From contig CAYUOR010000003.1 of assembly GCA_964446535.1 (NCBI GenBank), forward strand, positions 14,871 through 78,870: a DNA stretch of 64,000 bases, given 5' to 3'. The position numbers and the translations under genes are program-made. This document shows, piece by piece, positions 38,649 to 49,569 of the stretch (the first letter of the stretch is position 1; every line of letters begins with the position of its first letter). A model generated the notes under the pieces. It was not told where the DNA came from, ran no database searches, and worked only from the letters and a program-made list of their open reading frames with translations. This DNA comes from an uncultured Candidatus Saccharibacteria bacterium (GTDB taxonomy: Bacteria; Patescibacteriota; Minisyncoccia; Phycocordibacterales; Zambryskibacteraceae).

Positions 38649-40265
38649 TTACAACACTTTTTTCTTCTCCTCGAGTGAGCGCATCTCGGCATGTATTTTT
38701 TTAATAGACGCCGAAATGTTTTTGACAAGCTCTTCATCTCCCGTCGCCTCTCCTCGAGCTAGTTCTGCGGAAAGGCGCGTAAGCTCGTCGCGCAAATCAA
38801 GTTCTAATAAACTGTTGACGAGCTCTGCTTCTTCCTTCCGAAGAGCAAGAATTTCCGAATCAGTCTCTGGCAGCTCCTTTAGCCAGACTCGTACTTCTGC
38901 GAGACGCTCCTCTACCTGTTCTCTCTTTGAGACACGGGGGGTCTCCTTTTTTAGTTCTGGCTCTTTTGGCATATTTGAGCCGGATAAAATTTCTGGAACA
39001 GCGACCTTCTTTAAATCTGTCCAGATTAAATCTTCTTTAATCCCCGTACGCTTGGCAATCATCGAGACGAAGTGTGATTGCTCCATGGCGCTGCCAATAA
39101 GTTTTATCATTGGCAAAATTTTTCTTTCAATAAGTTTGCCGAGTTTCCGCTGGTTTTTTTCCAATTTCTCAAGTTTATTGAAGAAAAATTCAATGGCCGG
39201 CAAAGAGTTTTTCAATATTTCTTTCCAGTCATTTGGATTTTTCTTTATTGTATCGGCTGGATCGGAATTTTTCGGCGATTCAGCAATTTTTACTTCAAGA
39301 CCCATGGCGAGAGCCTGCTCGGTTGCTCTTTCCGCAGCTTTTTCACCGGCATTGTCGCCATCAAAAGCAAGGATTATGCGATTGGAAAGCTTTTTAAGGC
39401 GCTCCAGATGTTCGCGAGTGAAAGCCGTGCCTGACGAAGCAACGGCGTTATCAATCCCCGCCTGATGAGACAGAATCAAATCAAGAGGCCCTTCAACAAG
39501 GATGGTGTAATCTTTTTTTCTGATGCTATCTTTGGCCCGATCAAGCCCGTAGAGAGCCTGACTTTTCGAGAAAACTATGGTGGTTGGGCTATTTAGGTAC
39601 TTGGGCACACCGTCTTTTTCTAAAGCTCTACCGGAAAAGGCAATAACATGACGATTAATATCGGCAAGAGGAAAAATGACTCTGTTTCTGAATACGTCAT
39701 ATGGGCCGTTGGCTGGATTTTCTTCACTAATTTTGGCAAGTCCAGCTTTAATAATTATGTCTTCGGCATAACCAGAGTTTTGCAGATGGTTATATAGGGC
39801 CCGCCATTCATTCGGTGCATACCCCAGACGCCAGGCACTAATTGTTTCCTTAGCAACACCTCTAGAAATAAGATAATCGGATGCTTCCTTTTTTTCTTTT
39901 AGGTTTTTTTCAAAGAACTTTGCTGCCTCCTCAAGCGCGGCTAATATTTTATCCTTTTCGGCGCGCGACTCGTCATTTCCACGATATTCAATCTCGACGC
40001 CCGCTTTTTCGGCGAGCACCTTGAGAGCGCCCCGAAAATCTAGGCCGTCCATTTGTTCGAGGAAGGTAAAGATGTCGCCCTTAGCACCACAGCCGAAACA
40101 ATAAAAACTTTGTCGAGCGGGAGAAACGAAGAAAGAAGGTGTCTTCTCCTTGTGGAATGGGCAATTTGCTTTAAAACTCTGCCCAGCTTTCTGGAGCTTG
40201 ATGTAGCCGGAGATAAGCTCGGCTATATCTATTCTTTCTTTGATTGTGTCGACATCGCCTCGCAT
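38649..40265 (-). CDS. dnaG: DNA primase DnaG
   Basis: Zinc ribbon CPFHKEKTPSFFVSPARQSFYCFGCGAKGD and a TOPRIM domain. Its 5' end overlaps the rpoC 3' end by 37 nt. Confidence 0.92.
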   Translation of the reverse strand: MRGDVDTIKERIDIAELISGYIKLQKAGQSFKANCPFHKEKTPSFFVSPARQSFYCFGCGAKGDIFTFLEQMDGLDFRGALKVLAEKAGVEIEYRGNDESRAEKDKILAALEEAAKFFEKNLKEKKEASDYLISRGVAKETISAWRLGYAPNEWRALYNHLQNSGYAEDIIIKAGLAKISEENPANGPYDVFRNRVIFPLADINRHVIAFSGRALEKDGVPKYLNSPTTIVFSKSQALYGLDRAKDSIRKKDYTILVEGPLDLILSHQAGIDNAVASSGTAFTREHLERLKKLSNRIILAFDGDNAGEKAAERATEQALAMGLEVKIAESPKNSDPADTIKKNPNDWKEILKNSLPAIEFFFNKLEKLEKNQRKLGKLIERKILPMIKLIGSAMEQSHFVSMIAKRTGIKEDLIWTDLKKVAVPEILSGSNMPKEPELKKETPRVSKREQVEERLAEVRVWLKELPETDSEILALRKEEAELVNSLLELDLRDELTRLSAELARGEATGDEELVKNISASIKKIHAEMRSLEEKKKVL

Positions 40266-43200
40266 ATTAGTTTTTCCTTGTACCCGTCTTTGAATCCGGT
40301 GCCGGCCGGAATGAGGCGCCCGATAATCACATTCTCTTTAAGCCCAATAAGATTATCCTCGGCACCTCGAACGGCAGCTTGTATAAGAACTCGTGGGGTG
40401 TGCTGGAACGAAGCGGCAGAAAGGAAGCTTGCCCTTGATAGAGAAACCTCGGTAATACCCATGATGACGGCGTCGGCGACTGCTTCTTTCAAATTCTTAT
40501 CTTTCATTTCCTTATTAAGCAGGGTGAGTCGAGAAGCCTCAACTATGTCGCCTCGAGTTAATCTGGTATCGCCGGGGTCCTTAATTTTACGACGACCAAA
40601 CATCTGGCGAATGATGAGTTCAATGTGTTTGTGCGATACCGCGGCGCCTTGGAGTTCATAGAGCTTTGAAACTTCATGAATAATGTAACCTTCTGTCTTT
40701 TCTCGCCCGGCGTATCGGAAGAGTTCGTCAAGATCGGCCGATCCATCGGTCAAAATGTCGCCCCTTTTAACAGATTGGCCGACCTTAGCAAGAAGAGTTC
40801 TTGAAGCTTGAACGGTATATTCATTATCAAGTTTTTTACCCTTAGTTTCTCCGAGTTCTGGTGTAACGACAATCAACCTGTCATGACCTAGAGTTTTTAT
40901 CTCACTTATTACCCCATCAATGTGGCTGATAATAGCGGGGTTTTTTGGTTTCCTTTTCTCAAAGATTTCTTCAACGCGCGGTAGACCGGCCACGATGTCG
41001 CCGCCGAGAGATGCAATACCTCCGGCATGGAAAGTACGCATCGTAAGCTGAGTGCCCGGTTCTCCGATAGCTTGCGCCGCGATAGTACCAACCGCTTCTC
41101 CAAGCTCGACCGGCTTGTTATTACCAAGGTCAACACCATAGCACCTAGCACAAAGACCACGAACAGACTTACAGGTTAAGGGAGAACGTACCAGAACTGA
41201 TTCAATTTTGGTTTTGTCGACTGTTTTTGCATCATTATTGGTTATGAGATGCCCCCGCTTGAAAAGAAGGGTGCCATTTTCGTCAACGAGATCAGTAGCA
41301 AGAAATCGGCCTTTAATATTTTTGGAAAGAGGCATTTCAATACCGGATGCGGTCTTTTTATTTATGGTCGTACCGTCTTTCGTACCACAATCCTCTTCAG
41401 TAATAATCTCATCCTGCGCGACGTCGAACAGCCTCCTTGTTAAGTAACCAGCTTTGGCAGTATTGAGAGCCGTATCGGTCAAGCCCTTTCGCGAGCCGTG
41501 AGTGGTGATGAAGTATTCAAGTGGCGTGAGTCCTTCTTTATAGCAAGAGAGGATTGGAAATTCGAGTGTCTCGCCAGAAACATTTACGATAGAGCCTTTC
41601 ATGCCTGCCATTTGGTTTAGGTTGCCGAAGGAACCTCGTGCTTCCGAAAGAATAACGTCGTAAATGGGGTTGGTGCTTTCAAGAGTTTTTGGAATAAGCT
41701 TTTCTATTTCGGATTTTATCCCTTGCCAGATTTCAACAGACCTAACGATGCGCTCTTGCTCCGATAAAAGTCCTTCTCGAAACTGTTCTACCACTTCTCT
41801 GACAGCGCCGTGCCCCTTCTCAATAATTTCCCATTTACCCTTAGGAATGTTGACATCGGCAAGTCCCCAGGTAATACCAGAGTGGGTTGCGTATCGAAAA
41901 CCAAACGCCTTGATCCTGTCGATAATCGGAGGGACATCGTCAACACCGTAGCGCGCCAAAAGGTCATCGATCAATTCCGACATTCTCTTCCTGCCGATTT
42001 CCTGGTTTATGAACGGGTAATCTTTCGGTAGAACAACGTTGAAGAGAAGTCTGCCGACGGTGGTTTCAAATTTCTTGCCTTCAAATTGTTTATATCGCTC
42101 GGTGTCGGTGGGCAATACCCATACTTTGGCGCGCAAGTCGACGGCGCCAAAGTCGTAGGCAGTAATGGCACTATTTGGATTTGGATAATATTTCCCCTCC
42201 CCCTTGGCGCCAGACACAATGCGCGTGGTCCAATAGGTGCCAAGCACAATGTCCTGGCGAGGCGAAACAACCGGTTCTCCATTGCCGGGTTTAAGAATAT
42301 TTTTATCGGCAGCCATAACCAGACGCGCCTCGGCCTGAGCTTCCTCAGATAGAGGAACGTGAACCGCCATCTGATCCCCGTCAAAGTCGGCGTTGAAAGC
42401 GGTGCAGACAAGCGGATGTAGCTGAATGGCATTACCTTCTATAAGAACTGGCTGAAAAGCCTGAATACCAAGTCTGTGAAGAGTTGGAGCACGGTTTAGA
42501 AGAACATATTTGCCTCGAATGACTTCTTCAAGAATGGCCCAGACCTCGGGAATAGCATCTTCAATCAATCGACGAGCGCCGGGTATGTTATAAGCCAGTT
42601 CGCGTCTAAGTAGCTCCGATATGATAAACGGTTTAAATAGTTCGAGTGCCATGTGTTTGGGCAGACCACACTGATGGAGTTTGAGTTCTGGACCAACAAC
42701 AATAACGGAGCGAGCAGAATAATCCACACGTTTACCTAAGAGATTTTGCCTGAAAAGACCCCTCTTTCCCTTCAGGTTGTCGGAGAGGGATTTGAGCGGA
42801 CGTCTTTGTGCCTGGCTCGAGGAGGCGGTTGAGTGCCTAATGGTATTGTCGATAAGCGCATCAACAGCTTCCTGCAGAATTCTTTTTTCGTTTCTCAAAA
42901 TAACATCCGGGGCATTAATTTCCTTTAGTTTTTTAAGGCGATTGTTGCGATTTATAACGCGTCGATAAAGGTCGTTTACGTCTGAGGTGGCGTAGCGACC
43001 GCCATCCAGAGGCACCATCGGTCGGATAGCCGGCGGGATAACCGGAATACGAGTAAGAAACATCCACTCGGGGCGGTTGCCGGCATTTATCATCCAGCGC
43101 ACGGTACTAAGACGCTTATTAAGTCGCGGAATTTCGGTAGAGGGAGCATGCTCCAACTCCCCTTCTATTTCTTTAAGAAGTTTTTGCAGATCGATATTTT

Positions 43201-43882
43201 TCAGAATGTTGTAGACCGCTTCCGCACCAATCTGCGCCTCAAAGACGGTCGGGTACTTAACGCTTGCTTTGTGGTACTCAACCTCATTTAAAACTTTTCC
43301 TGCAACCAAGGATTCAATGTCTTTCTTTGTGGCAAGCGCGAGTTCTTTCAGAGCAAGTTTACTCTTGCTGTCCTGGAGTACTTTTGATTTTGCTTTAAAT
43401 TCTGATTCCAAATCCTTGAGAACTCTTGCCTTCTCACTCTCGGAAACATTAGTGATGATATAGCCGGCAAAATATATAACCTTTTCCAGGTCGGCGACGG
43501 GGATACCAAGAACAAGGGAAATTCTTGAGGGAATATTTTTTAGGAACCAGATGTGGGCAACTGGGGTTGCAAGTTCAATGTGTCCCATGCGTTCTCGGCG
43601 AACGATAGAGCGGGTAATCTCGACACCGCACTTTTCGCAAACAACGCCTTTGTATCTGATACCACGATACTTACCGCAGTAGCATTCAAAATCCTTATCG
43701 GGACCAAAAATCTTTTCATCGAATAGGCCGTTTCTCTCGCTTCTCTGGGTTCGATAATTTATCGTCTCCGGCTTTGTAACCTCGCCGTGAGACCATTCTT
43801 TAATACGCTCGGGCGAAGCTAATTTAATATGAATTGCATTGAAGTCCTCCGAACTATTCTGTTTTCCTCTATAGTTATGCAT
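40229..43882 (-). CDS. rpoC: DNA-directed RNA polymerase subunit beta' (RpoC)
   Basis: 1217 aa with NADFDGDQMAVH catalytic motif and Zn-binding cysteines. Confidence 0.97.
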   Translation of the reverse strand: MHNYRGKQNSSEDFNAIHIKLASPERIKEWSHGEVTKPETINYRTQRSERNGLFDEKIFGPDKDFECYCGKYRGIRYKGVVCEKCGVEITRSIVRRERMGHIELATPVAHIWFLKNIPSRISLVLGIPVADLEKVIYFAGYIITNVSESEKARVLKDLESEFKAKSKVLQDSKSKLALKELALATKKDIESLVAGKVLNEVEYHKASVKYPTVFEAQIGAEAVYNILKNIDLQKLLKEIEGELEHAPSTEIPRLNKRLSTVRWMINAGNRPEWMFLTRIPVIPPAIRPMVPLDGGRYATSDVNDLYRRVINRNNRLKKLKEINAPDVILRNEKRILQEAVDALIDNTIRHSTASSSQAQRRPLKSLSDNLKGKRGLFRQNLLGKRVDYSARSVIVVGPELKLHQCGLPKHMALELFKPFIISELLRRELAYNIPGARRLIEDAIPEVWAILEEVIRGKYVLLNRAPTLHRLGIQAFQPVLIEGNAIQLHPLVCTAFNADFDGDQMAVHVPLSEEAQAEARLVMAADKNILKPGNGEPVVSPRQDIVLGTYWTTRIVSGAKGEGKYYPNPNSAITAYDFGAVDLRAKVWVLPTDTERYKQFEGKKFETTVGRLLFNVVLPKDYPFINQEIGRKRMSELIDDLLARYGVDDVPPIIDRIKAFGFRYATHSGITWGLADVNIPKGKWEIIEKGHGAVREVVEQFREGLLSEQERIVRSVEIWQGIKSEIEKLIPKTLESTNPIYDVILSEARGSFGNLNQMAGMKGSIVNVSGETLEFPILSCYKEGLTPLEYFITTHGSRKGLTDTALNTAKAGYLTRRLFDVAQDEIITEEDCGTKDGTTINKKTASGIEMPLSKNIKGRFLATDLVDENGTLLFKRGHLITNNDAKTVDKTKIESVLVRSPLTCKSVRGLCARCYGVDLGNNKPVELGEAVGTIAAQAIGEPGTQLTMRTFHAGGIASLGGDIVAGLPRVEEIFEKRKPKNPAIISHIDGVISEIKTLGHDRLIVVTPELGETKGKKLDNEYTVQASRTLLAKVGQSVKRGDILTDGSADLDELFRYAGREKTEGYIIHEVSKLYELQGAAVSHKHIELIIRQMFGRRKIKDPGDTRLTRGDIVEASRLTLLNKEMKDKNLKEAVADAVIMGITEVSLSRASFLSAASFQHTPRVLIQAAVRGAEDNLIGLKENVIIGRLIPAGTGFKDGYKEKLICEAMSTQSKKE

Positions 43883-46800
43883 TATTTTGTTCTTTATCCT
43901 GTTTCTTCTTCAAATCAACATCGAGTGAAAGCCCGCGAAGATTATTTAAAAGAACGTTAAACGAGGCCGGTATGTGCGGCTCAGGAATTTTCTCGCCCTT
44001 TACTATGGCGTCAAACGCTGCCGAGCGACCAAGAATATCGTCAGATTTTATCGTAAGCATTTCCCGCAAAGTGTGACTTACACCATGACCCAAAAGCGCC
44101 CAGACTTCCATCTCGCCGAAACGCTGGCCTCCGTTTTGAGCCTTTCCGCCGAGTGGCTGTTGGGTAATAAGGGAATACGGTCCGATGGATCGCATGTGGA
44201 TTTTGTCTTCAACCATGTGATGAAGCTTAAGAACATACATATAACCGACAGCGATATCTTGCTCAAACTCTTCTCCGGTGCGGCCGTCAAAGAGTTTAAC
44301 CTTGCCGTTTTCTTTAAAGCCTGCCTTCGTCAATTCTTCTTTGATTTCATCTTCCGAGGCTCCCGCAAAGGGCGGTACAATTGCTTGATAATTCAAGGTG
44401 TGGGCGGCAAGACCTAAGTGCATCTCAAGAATCTGTCCTAAGTTCATTCGAGAAGGTACTCCAAGCGGTGTCAAAATTATGTCTATTGGCGTGCCGTCGG
44501 CCATATAAGGCATTTCCTCAACCGGCAAAATCTTTGAAATCACGCCCTTGTTTCCGTGCCTGCCGGCAAGTTTGTCTCCTACCGAAACATTGCGAAGTTG
44601 TGCCACCTGAATATGAATTTGTTTCAGAATACCTGATTCTAATTTGTCACCCTTTTCTCGGCTAAAGACTTGCACAGAAATGACACGGCCCCGCTTACCT
44701 CCTTCCATGCGCTTGGAAGTATCCTTGACGTCACGCGCCTTTTCGCCGAAAAGTGATCTAAGCAAACGTTCTTCGGGAGTAAGTTGGGATTCGCCCTTCG
44801 GTGTAATTTTCCCGACCAAAATATCGCCAGGGCGAACCTCGGCACCCACGCGGATAATGCCATCTTCGGCGAGATTCTTGAGTTTTGACTCACCGACGTT
44901 CGGAATGTCACAAGTGGTCATCTCCGGGCCAAGCTTGGTATCACGAACATTGACCGTAAATTCTTCGACGTGAATTGAAGTAAATTTACTCTTCTCCACC
45001 AAACGTTCCGAAATAATAATGGCGTCCTCATAATTGGCTCCGGACCAGGACATGAAAGCAACCAAGACATTTTGTCCGACAGCCATCTGGCCCTGCGCCG
45101 AGGATGAGGTGTCGGCAAGAACGGTTCCCTTTTTGACCTTGTCCCCGATTCCGACCGATGGTCTCTGGTGAAAAGTGGTAAAACCATTGGTCATAGAGAA
45201 ATTAACTAAAGGAAATTCGTGAGTATTACTCTTATTGTCTTTGACCTTAATCATCTTGCCGTCAACGTAAGAAACCGTACCATCAACGTTTGAAACAACC
45301 ATGCGACCGGTATCACGTATTGCCGCCTCTTCTATACCTGTGGCGACAAGAGGAATTTCCGGCACAATACATGGTGTCGCTTGTTTCTGCATGTTTGAAC
45401 CCATGAGCGCGCGGTTCGCATCGTCATGGTTAAGAAACGGAATCATCGAAGTAGCTATAGAAAATGCCTGATTGGTCGCAACATCCATAAACTGAACTTC
45501 ATCTTTAGGTACAAGCTGAGGTCTACCGCCGACACGAACCTCGACCATCTCTGGTACGATTTTCCCGTCTTCCGTCGGGGTAGCCGCATGAGCAATGTTA
45601 GAATTCTCTTCTTCTAGTGCGTTAAGATATTTAATTTCGTCGGTAATTTTACCGTCTTTGACAACCGCGTATGGAGTTTCGATCATACCGAAGTCGTTGA
45701 TACGCGCATAGGCCGAGAGACGCAAAATTAAACCGATATTCGGACCCTCCGGAGTCTGGATGGGGCAGAGTCTACCGTAGTGCGATGGATGCACGTCTCT
45801 CACTTCGTAACCCGCTCGGGCACGATTTAGCCCACCGGGACCAAGAGCAGAAACTGTTCTTAAGTGCTCGAGTTCGGCCAAAGTATTTTCCTGCTGAGCA
45901 AATTGGGAAAGCTGGTTCGTGGTAAAAAACTCTTTCATCCTAGCCTGAAGAGGTTTGGGAGAAATGAAGTGAACAGGCAGGGTCACATCAGTATCGATCG
46001 TGGACATTCGGTTTTGAATGTTTCTCTTAATCTGCGCCATGCCAACCCTAATCTTCTGCTGGAAAAGTTCTCCCACCAAGCGCACCCTTCGGGAACCGAG
46101 GTGGTCGATATCATCCGCTTGCGCGTCAGGCATCGCATTGAGACGTGCCATGTGTGAGAGAATGGTGACAAAATCCTGAAGCGAGAGAGTTCTGCGTTCA
46201 ATTTCTTTGGCTGTTTCTTTTATGCCAAAGCGATTATTGAATCTGAAGCGACCGACGCGAGAGAGGTCGTAACGATCTTTGCTGAAAATAGAGAGAACAA
46301 ACTCTCTGGCATTGTCGGCAGCAGCCAAGTCTCCGTCCCTGAGGCGTTTGTGGATTTCGATAGCAGCCTCATCGGCAGTGGTAGTGTGGTCTTTAGCTAG
46401 GGTTTTCTCTATGTGGTTCTTCGCCTCCGCTACGTCATTAAAAAGTGCAAGGATTTTATCGTTTGAGATAGCGTGATTTGTGTTGCCCGCCATTAAAAAA
46501 CGGAGAAGGGTCGTGACAGGGAATTTTCTTTTTCGATCAATTCTTACGTAAAAAGTACCATCAAGATCAACCTCAAGCTCGATCCAGGCGCCGCGTCCGG
46601 GAATAATCTTGGCTCCGAAAGTTTTCTTGCCCCGCAGTTCTTGCGAAGTAAAGGAGATTCCCGTTGAGCGAGCAAGTTGCGGCACCACCACGCGTTCTAT
46701 ACCGGAAATGATAAAGGTGCCGTGAGAGGTCATGAGTGGGAAATCCGCCATGAAAATTTCCTGCTCTTTTTCCGTACCGATAATAAGATTTTTTAGTCTG

Positions 46801-47141
46801 ACTTTTACTTTAAGGGGCGCTTCGTAGGAGAGTTTCCTTTCTTTCGCGGTGTATTCGTCTATTTTTGGCGCAGCTAGTTCAAACCCGATAAAATCAAGTT
46901 TAAATTTCTTTTCTGAAAAATCTTTAATTGAAGAAAACTCTTCAAAGACTTCCTTTAGACCTTTTTCTATAAGCCATTTAAAAGATTCAATCTGCGAAAC
47001 CACGAGATTAGGTATCTCGGTTAGTGGTTCCCTAAAGCGCCCGAAATATTTTTTCGTGTGCTCGACCTTATGAGTATTTTTAGACGATGGGGTTGGGTTC
47101 ATGAAAACAAAAACCAAGGGCGCGGTTCGGTCCGTGCCCAT
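43875..47141 (-). CDS. rpoB: DNA-directed RNA polymerase subunit beta (RpoB)
   Basis: 1088 aa with conserved beta-subunit blocks. It overlaps rpoC by 8 nt. Confidence 0.97.
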   Translation of the reverse strand: MGTDRTAPLVFVFMNPTPSSKNTHKVEHTKKYFGRFREPLTEIPNLVVSQIESFKWLIEKGLKEVFEEFSSIKDFSEKKFKLDFIGFELAAPKIDEYTAKERKLSYEAPLKVKVRLKNLIIGTEKEQEIFMADFPLMTSHGTFIISGIERVVVPQLARSTGISFTSQELRGKKTFGAKIIPGRGAWIELEVDLDGTFYVRIDRKRKFPVTTLLRFLMAGNTNHAISNDKILALFNDVAEAKNHIEKTLAKDHTTTADEAAIEIHKRLRDGDLAAADNAREFVLSIFSKDRYDLSRVGRFRFNNRFGIKETAKEIERRTLSLQDFVTILSHMARLNAMPDAQADDIDHLGSRRVRLVGELFQQKIRVGMAQIKRNIQNRMSTIDTDVTLPVHFISPKPLQARMKEFFTTNQLSQFAQQENTLAELEHLRTVSALGPGGLNRARAGYEVRDVHPSHYGRLCPIQTPEGPNIGLILRLSAYARINDFGMIETPYAVVKDGKITDEIKYLNALEEENSNIAHAATPTEDGKIVPEMVEVRVGGRPQLVPKDEVQFMDVATNQAFSIATSMIPFLNHDDANRALMGSNMQKQATPCIVPEIPLVATGIEEAAIRDTGRMVVSNVDGTVSYVDGKMIKVKDNKSNTHEFPLVNFSMTNGFTTFHQRPSVGIGDKVKKGTVLADTSSSAQGQMAVGQNVLVAFMSWSGANYEDAIIISERLVEKSKFTSIHVEEFTVNVRDTKLGPEMTTCDIPNVGESKLKNLAEDGIIRVGAEVRPGDILVGKITPKGESQLTPEERLLRSLFGEKARDVKDTSKRMEGGKRGRVISVQVFSREKGDKLESGILKQIHIQVAQLRNVSVGDKLAGRHGNKGVISKILPVEEMPYMADGTPIDIILTPLGVPSRMNLGQILEMHLGLAAHTLNYQAIVPPFAGASEDEIKEELTKAGFKENGKVKLFDGRTGEEFEQDIAVGYMYVLKLHHMVEDKIHMRSIGPYSLITQQPLGGKAQNGGQRFGEMEVWALLGHGVSHTLREMLTIKSDDILGRSAAFDAIVKGEKIPEPHIPASFNVLLNNLRGLSLDVDLKKKQDKEQNNA

Positions 47142-47218
47142 AAATTACCTAAGCCAGAAACTTTAGTATTAAATCCCCTTCGTTGCAGCCGTAACTCAAT
47201 CGAGTCGAAGTTGGGAAT

Positions 47219-47247
47219 ATAGTAATCGAAGCACTTTTTCTTGTCAA
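47219..47247 (-). promoter_or_regulatory. Sigma70-like promoter for rpoBC (TTGACA-N17-TACTAT on minus strand)
   Basis: Minus-strand TTGACA at 47247-47242 and TACTAT at 47224-47219, between the trmD stop and the rpoB start. Confidence 0.5.
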
Positions 47248-47250
47248 GAG

Positions 47251-47892
47251 CTACCTCTTGCGCTTCTTCCACTTCTCTATTTCAGCGTGATCTCCAGAGA
47301 GTAGAATTCGCGGTACTTTATATGTCTTACTCTTATATTTAAACTCGGCCGGTCTTGTATAAACGTCTCTTGCGGCCGTGCGACGCTCCTCAAGAGAATC
47401 AAGATTGCCAAGTACTCCGGGAATACGCCTAGCGACAACATCCAATAAAATCATTCCGGCAAGCTCGCCCCCAGTCAGAACATAAGGTCCAACCGACAGG
47501 TCCTCTGTTTTAAACACCTTTTTTACGCGCGCATCTATGCCTTCGTAACGGCCACAAATTATTATCACGTCTTTTGATTTTTTGACGAGAGTGTCGGCAT
47601 AGTTGTTATTAAGTTGTTTGCCCGAAGGAGAGAGGAAAATAATTTTTGGATTTCTCTTGGCACGTTTCACTGCCGCCTCTACGGCGGAAATTACTGGTTC
47701 AGCCTGTATTACCATCCCCGGACCTCCAGCATAAGGTGGGCGGTCGATACGGCGCCACTTATCTCTGGCATAGTCACGAGGATTGTAGAAAGAGACGCGA
47801 ATCTTCTTGTCTTCCAGGGCGCGCTTCATTATCGACTCGCCCAAATAAGAGTCAAAAGCCTTGGGAAAAAGGGTAATAATATGGAAATGCAT
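47251..47892 (-). CDS. trmD: tRNA (guanine37-N1)-methyltransferase TrmD
   Basis: HFHIITLFP, SAM-binding SPOUT knot motifs, 213 aa. Confidence 0.93.
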   Translation of the reverse strand: MHFHIITLFPKAFDSYLGESIMKRALEDKKIRVSFYNPRDYARDKWRRIDRPPYAGGPGMVIQAEPVISAVEAAVKRAKRNPKIIFLSPSGKQLNNNYADTLVKKSKDVIIICGRYEGIDARVKKVFKTEDLSVGPYVLTGGELAGMILLDVVARRIPGVLGNLDSLEERRTAARDVYTRPAEFKYKSKTYKVPRILLSGDHAEIEKWKKRKR

Positions 47893-47899
47893 TAGAACT

Positions 47900-48229
47900 C
47901 TATAGATCGAGATCCTCCATCGCCTGCTCCAGTGTTTTAGAATTTGGCACAGTGGGTTCTCGTTTCGCAGCTGGACCAGCAGCGCCAGAGGGTTCGTTAA
48001 TTTTGAGATTAATACGAGAGTTATTCTTCATGCCGACTACGCGCAAAAGAATTCTGATTGCTTTGGCAGTGTTGCCCGAACGGCCGATAACCTTTCCCAT
48101 ATCTTCCGGGTGCACATCAAGAGTCATGAGAACCCCCATCTCATCCACCGTTCTTTTTATCTTCACGTCTTCAGGATGATTCACCAACCCCTTTACTATG
48201 TATTCAAGGAATCCGACGTCGTCTATCAT
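47900..48229 (-). CDS. KH-domain RNA-binding protein (YlqC/UPF0109-like)
   Basis: KVIGRSGNTAKAIRIL (a KH GxxG loop) in the rpsP-trmD operon context. Confidence 0.8.
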   Translation of the reverse strand: MIDDVGFLEYIVKGLVNHPEDVKIKRTVDEMGVLMTLDVHPEDMGKVIGRSGNTAKAIRILLRVVGMKNNSRINLKINEPSGAAGPAAKREPTVPNSKTLEQAMEDLDL

Positions 48230-48248
48230 ATTGTCTTTAAAAAATTAA

Positions 48249-48647
48249 TCAGACCGCTGCCTTATCTTCCGCCTTCTCCTCCGTCTTCTCTTCTATTGTA
48301 TCACTGGTCGGAGAAACCTCTTCCGCTTTAGGTATACTCGGCGACCCGCCCTCTGTCGGAGTCTCGCCCTGGGTCTTCTTAGAAACACTTGAAACATCAA
48401 TCTTTTTACCACGAATAACACCGTGTTTTATAAGCAGGTTGTTGACCGAAGGGGTGAAATTTACCCCTCTTGAGAGCCAGTGTTTTATGCGCTCGGTGCG
48501 CAGAAGGTCGGTTTGTTTCCTTGGATCATAAGAGCCGAGAACCTCCTTAACCCGACCGCTTTTGGTGCTGTTCTTGGCATCGGTCAAAACAAGCCTAAAA
48601 GACGGCTCGTGTACCCTGCCAACCCTCTGCAGTCTGATTTTTAGCAT
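48249..48647 (-). CDS. rpsP: 30S ribosomal protein S16 with C-terminal low-complexity extension
   Basis: MLKIRLQRVGRVHEPSFRLVLTDAKNSTKSGRVKEVLGSYDP. Confidence 0.9.
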   Translation of the reverse strand: MLKIRLQRVGRVHEPSFRLVLTDAKNSTKSGRVKEVLGSYDPRKQTDLLRTERIKHWLSRGVNFTPSVNNLLIKHGVIRGKKIDVSSVSKKTQGETPTEGGSPSIPKAEEVSPTSDTIEEKTEEKAEDKAAV

Positions 48648-48684
48648 TACGAAAGAGTAACAAAAAAGATAGGGTTAGTCAAAA

Positions 48685-49563
48685 CTAAAGAATCTTTTCA
48701 GCCTCAATAAATTCATCCAAATCGCCCGAGAGCACCTTGTCGATGTCACGAATTTCAACATCGGTCCGATGATCCTTAATCATTTTATAGGGGTGAAAAA
48801 CGTATGAACGAATCTGGTTCCCCCATTCTATCTGGGTGGTCTTAGAAATATACATACCTCTTTCCTTCGCCCTTCGTTCGTCTTCCAACTTTTTATACAG
48901 CTTCGCCTCAAGAAGTCGCAGAGCTTTTTCCCTGTTCTGAGCTTGAGAGCGCTCTGATTCAACGTGGGCAGAAAGATTGGTCGGAATGTGAACAAGGCGC
49001 ACAGCTGTTTCGCGCTTGTTTACGTTCTGTCCGCCGGGACCGCTCGAGCGAGAATACTCTGTTTTGATTTCCTCGGGAGGAATATCTACTTCCTCCTGTT
49101 TATCAAACTTAGGAATAACCTCGACCATGGAGAACGAAGTGTGCCTAAGTTTCTTGGCATTGAATGGAGAGATGCGCACAAGGCGGTGCACCCCAGACTC
49201 ATTTTTAAGCGTGCCATAAGCGCTTTTACCCCTAATTTCTAGCGTGATATTGCGATAGCCCCCATGGTCGTTTTCATTTTTGTGAATGATTGAGTAGCTG
49301 AAAGATTTTTTGTCAAAAAACTTTTGATACATTTCAAGAAGAATACGGGAAAAGTCCTCGGCATCATCCCCGCCGGCGCCAGAAAAAATCGTCATCACGG
49401 CATCCCCCTTATCAAATTTACCTAGGCCCTCGAGTTCATTTTTAAGAGATTCGTGTTCGCGCAGAGTTGCTTGGGCTTTTACTTTATCTGACCAGAAATC
49501 AGCGGCTGACATTTGCTGTTCTATCTCTTCTATTTTCTTTTTTATTTTCTCTTGATCGGTCAT
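48685..49563 (-). CDS. prfB: Peptide chain release factor 2 (short N-terminus, no programmed frameshift evident)
   Basis: SPF tripeptide RISPFNAKK, and GGQ motif SGPGGQNVNK. The likely start is the ATG at 49563 (MTDQEK). The track ORF started at an upstream GTG that overlaps a tRNA. Confidence 0.88.
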   Translation of the reverse strand: MTDQEKIKKKIEEIEQQMSAADFWSDKVKAQATLREHESLKNELEGLGKFDKGDAVMTIFSGAGGDDAEDFSRILLEMYQKFFDKKSFSYSIIHKNENDHGGYRNITLEIRGKSAYGTLKNESGVHRLVRISPFNAKKLRHTSFSMVEVIPKFDKQEEVDIPPEEIKTEYSRSSGPGGQNVNKRETAVRLVHIPTNLSAHVESERSQAQNREKALRLLEAKLYKKLEDERRAKERGMYISKTTQIEWGNQIRSYVFHPYKMIKDHRTDVEIRDIDKVLSGDLDEFIEAEKIL

Positions 49564-49569
49564 AAACGG

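Noticed and set aside
38716-39465. 249-aa plus-strand ORF rich in Ser/Arg inside dnaG
   Set aside because: It is antisense to the conserved DnaG frame and has low-complexity composition typical of a spurious antisense ORF.
40053-40661. 202-aa plus-strand ORF across the rpoC/dnaG junction
   Set aside because: It is antisense to two conserved genes and is spurious.
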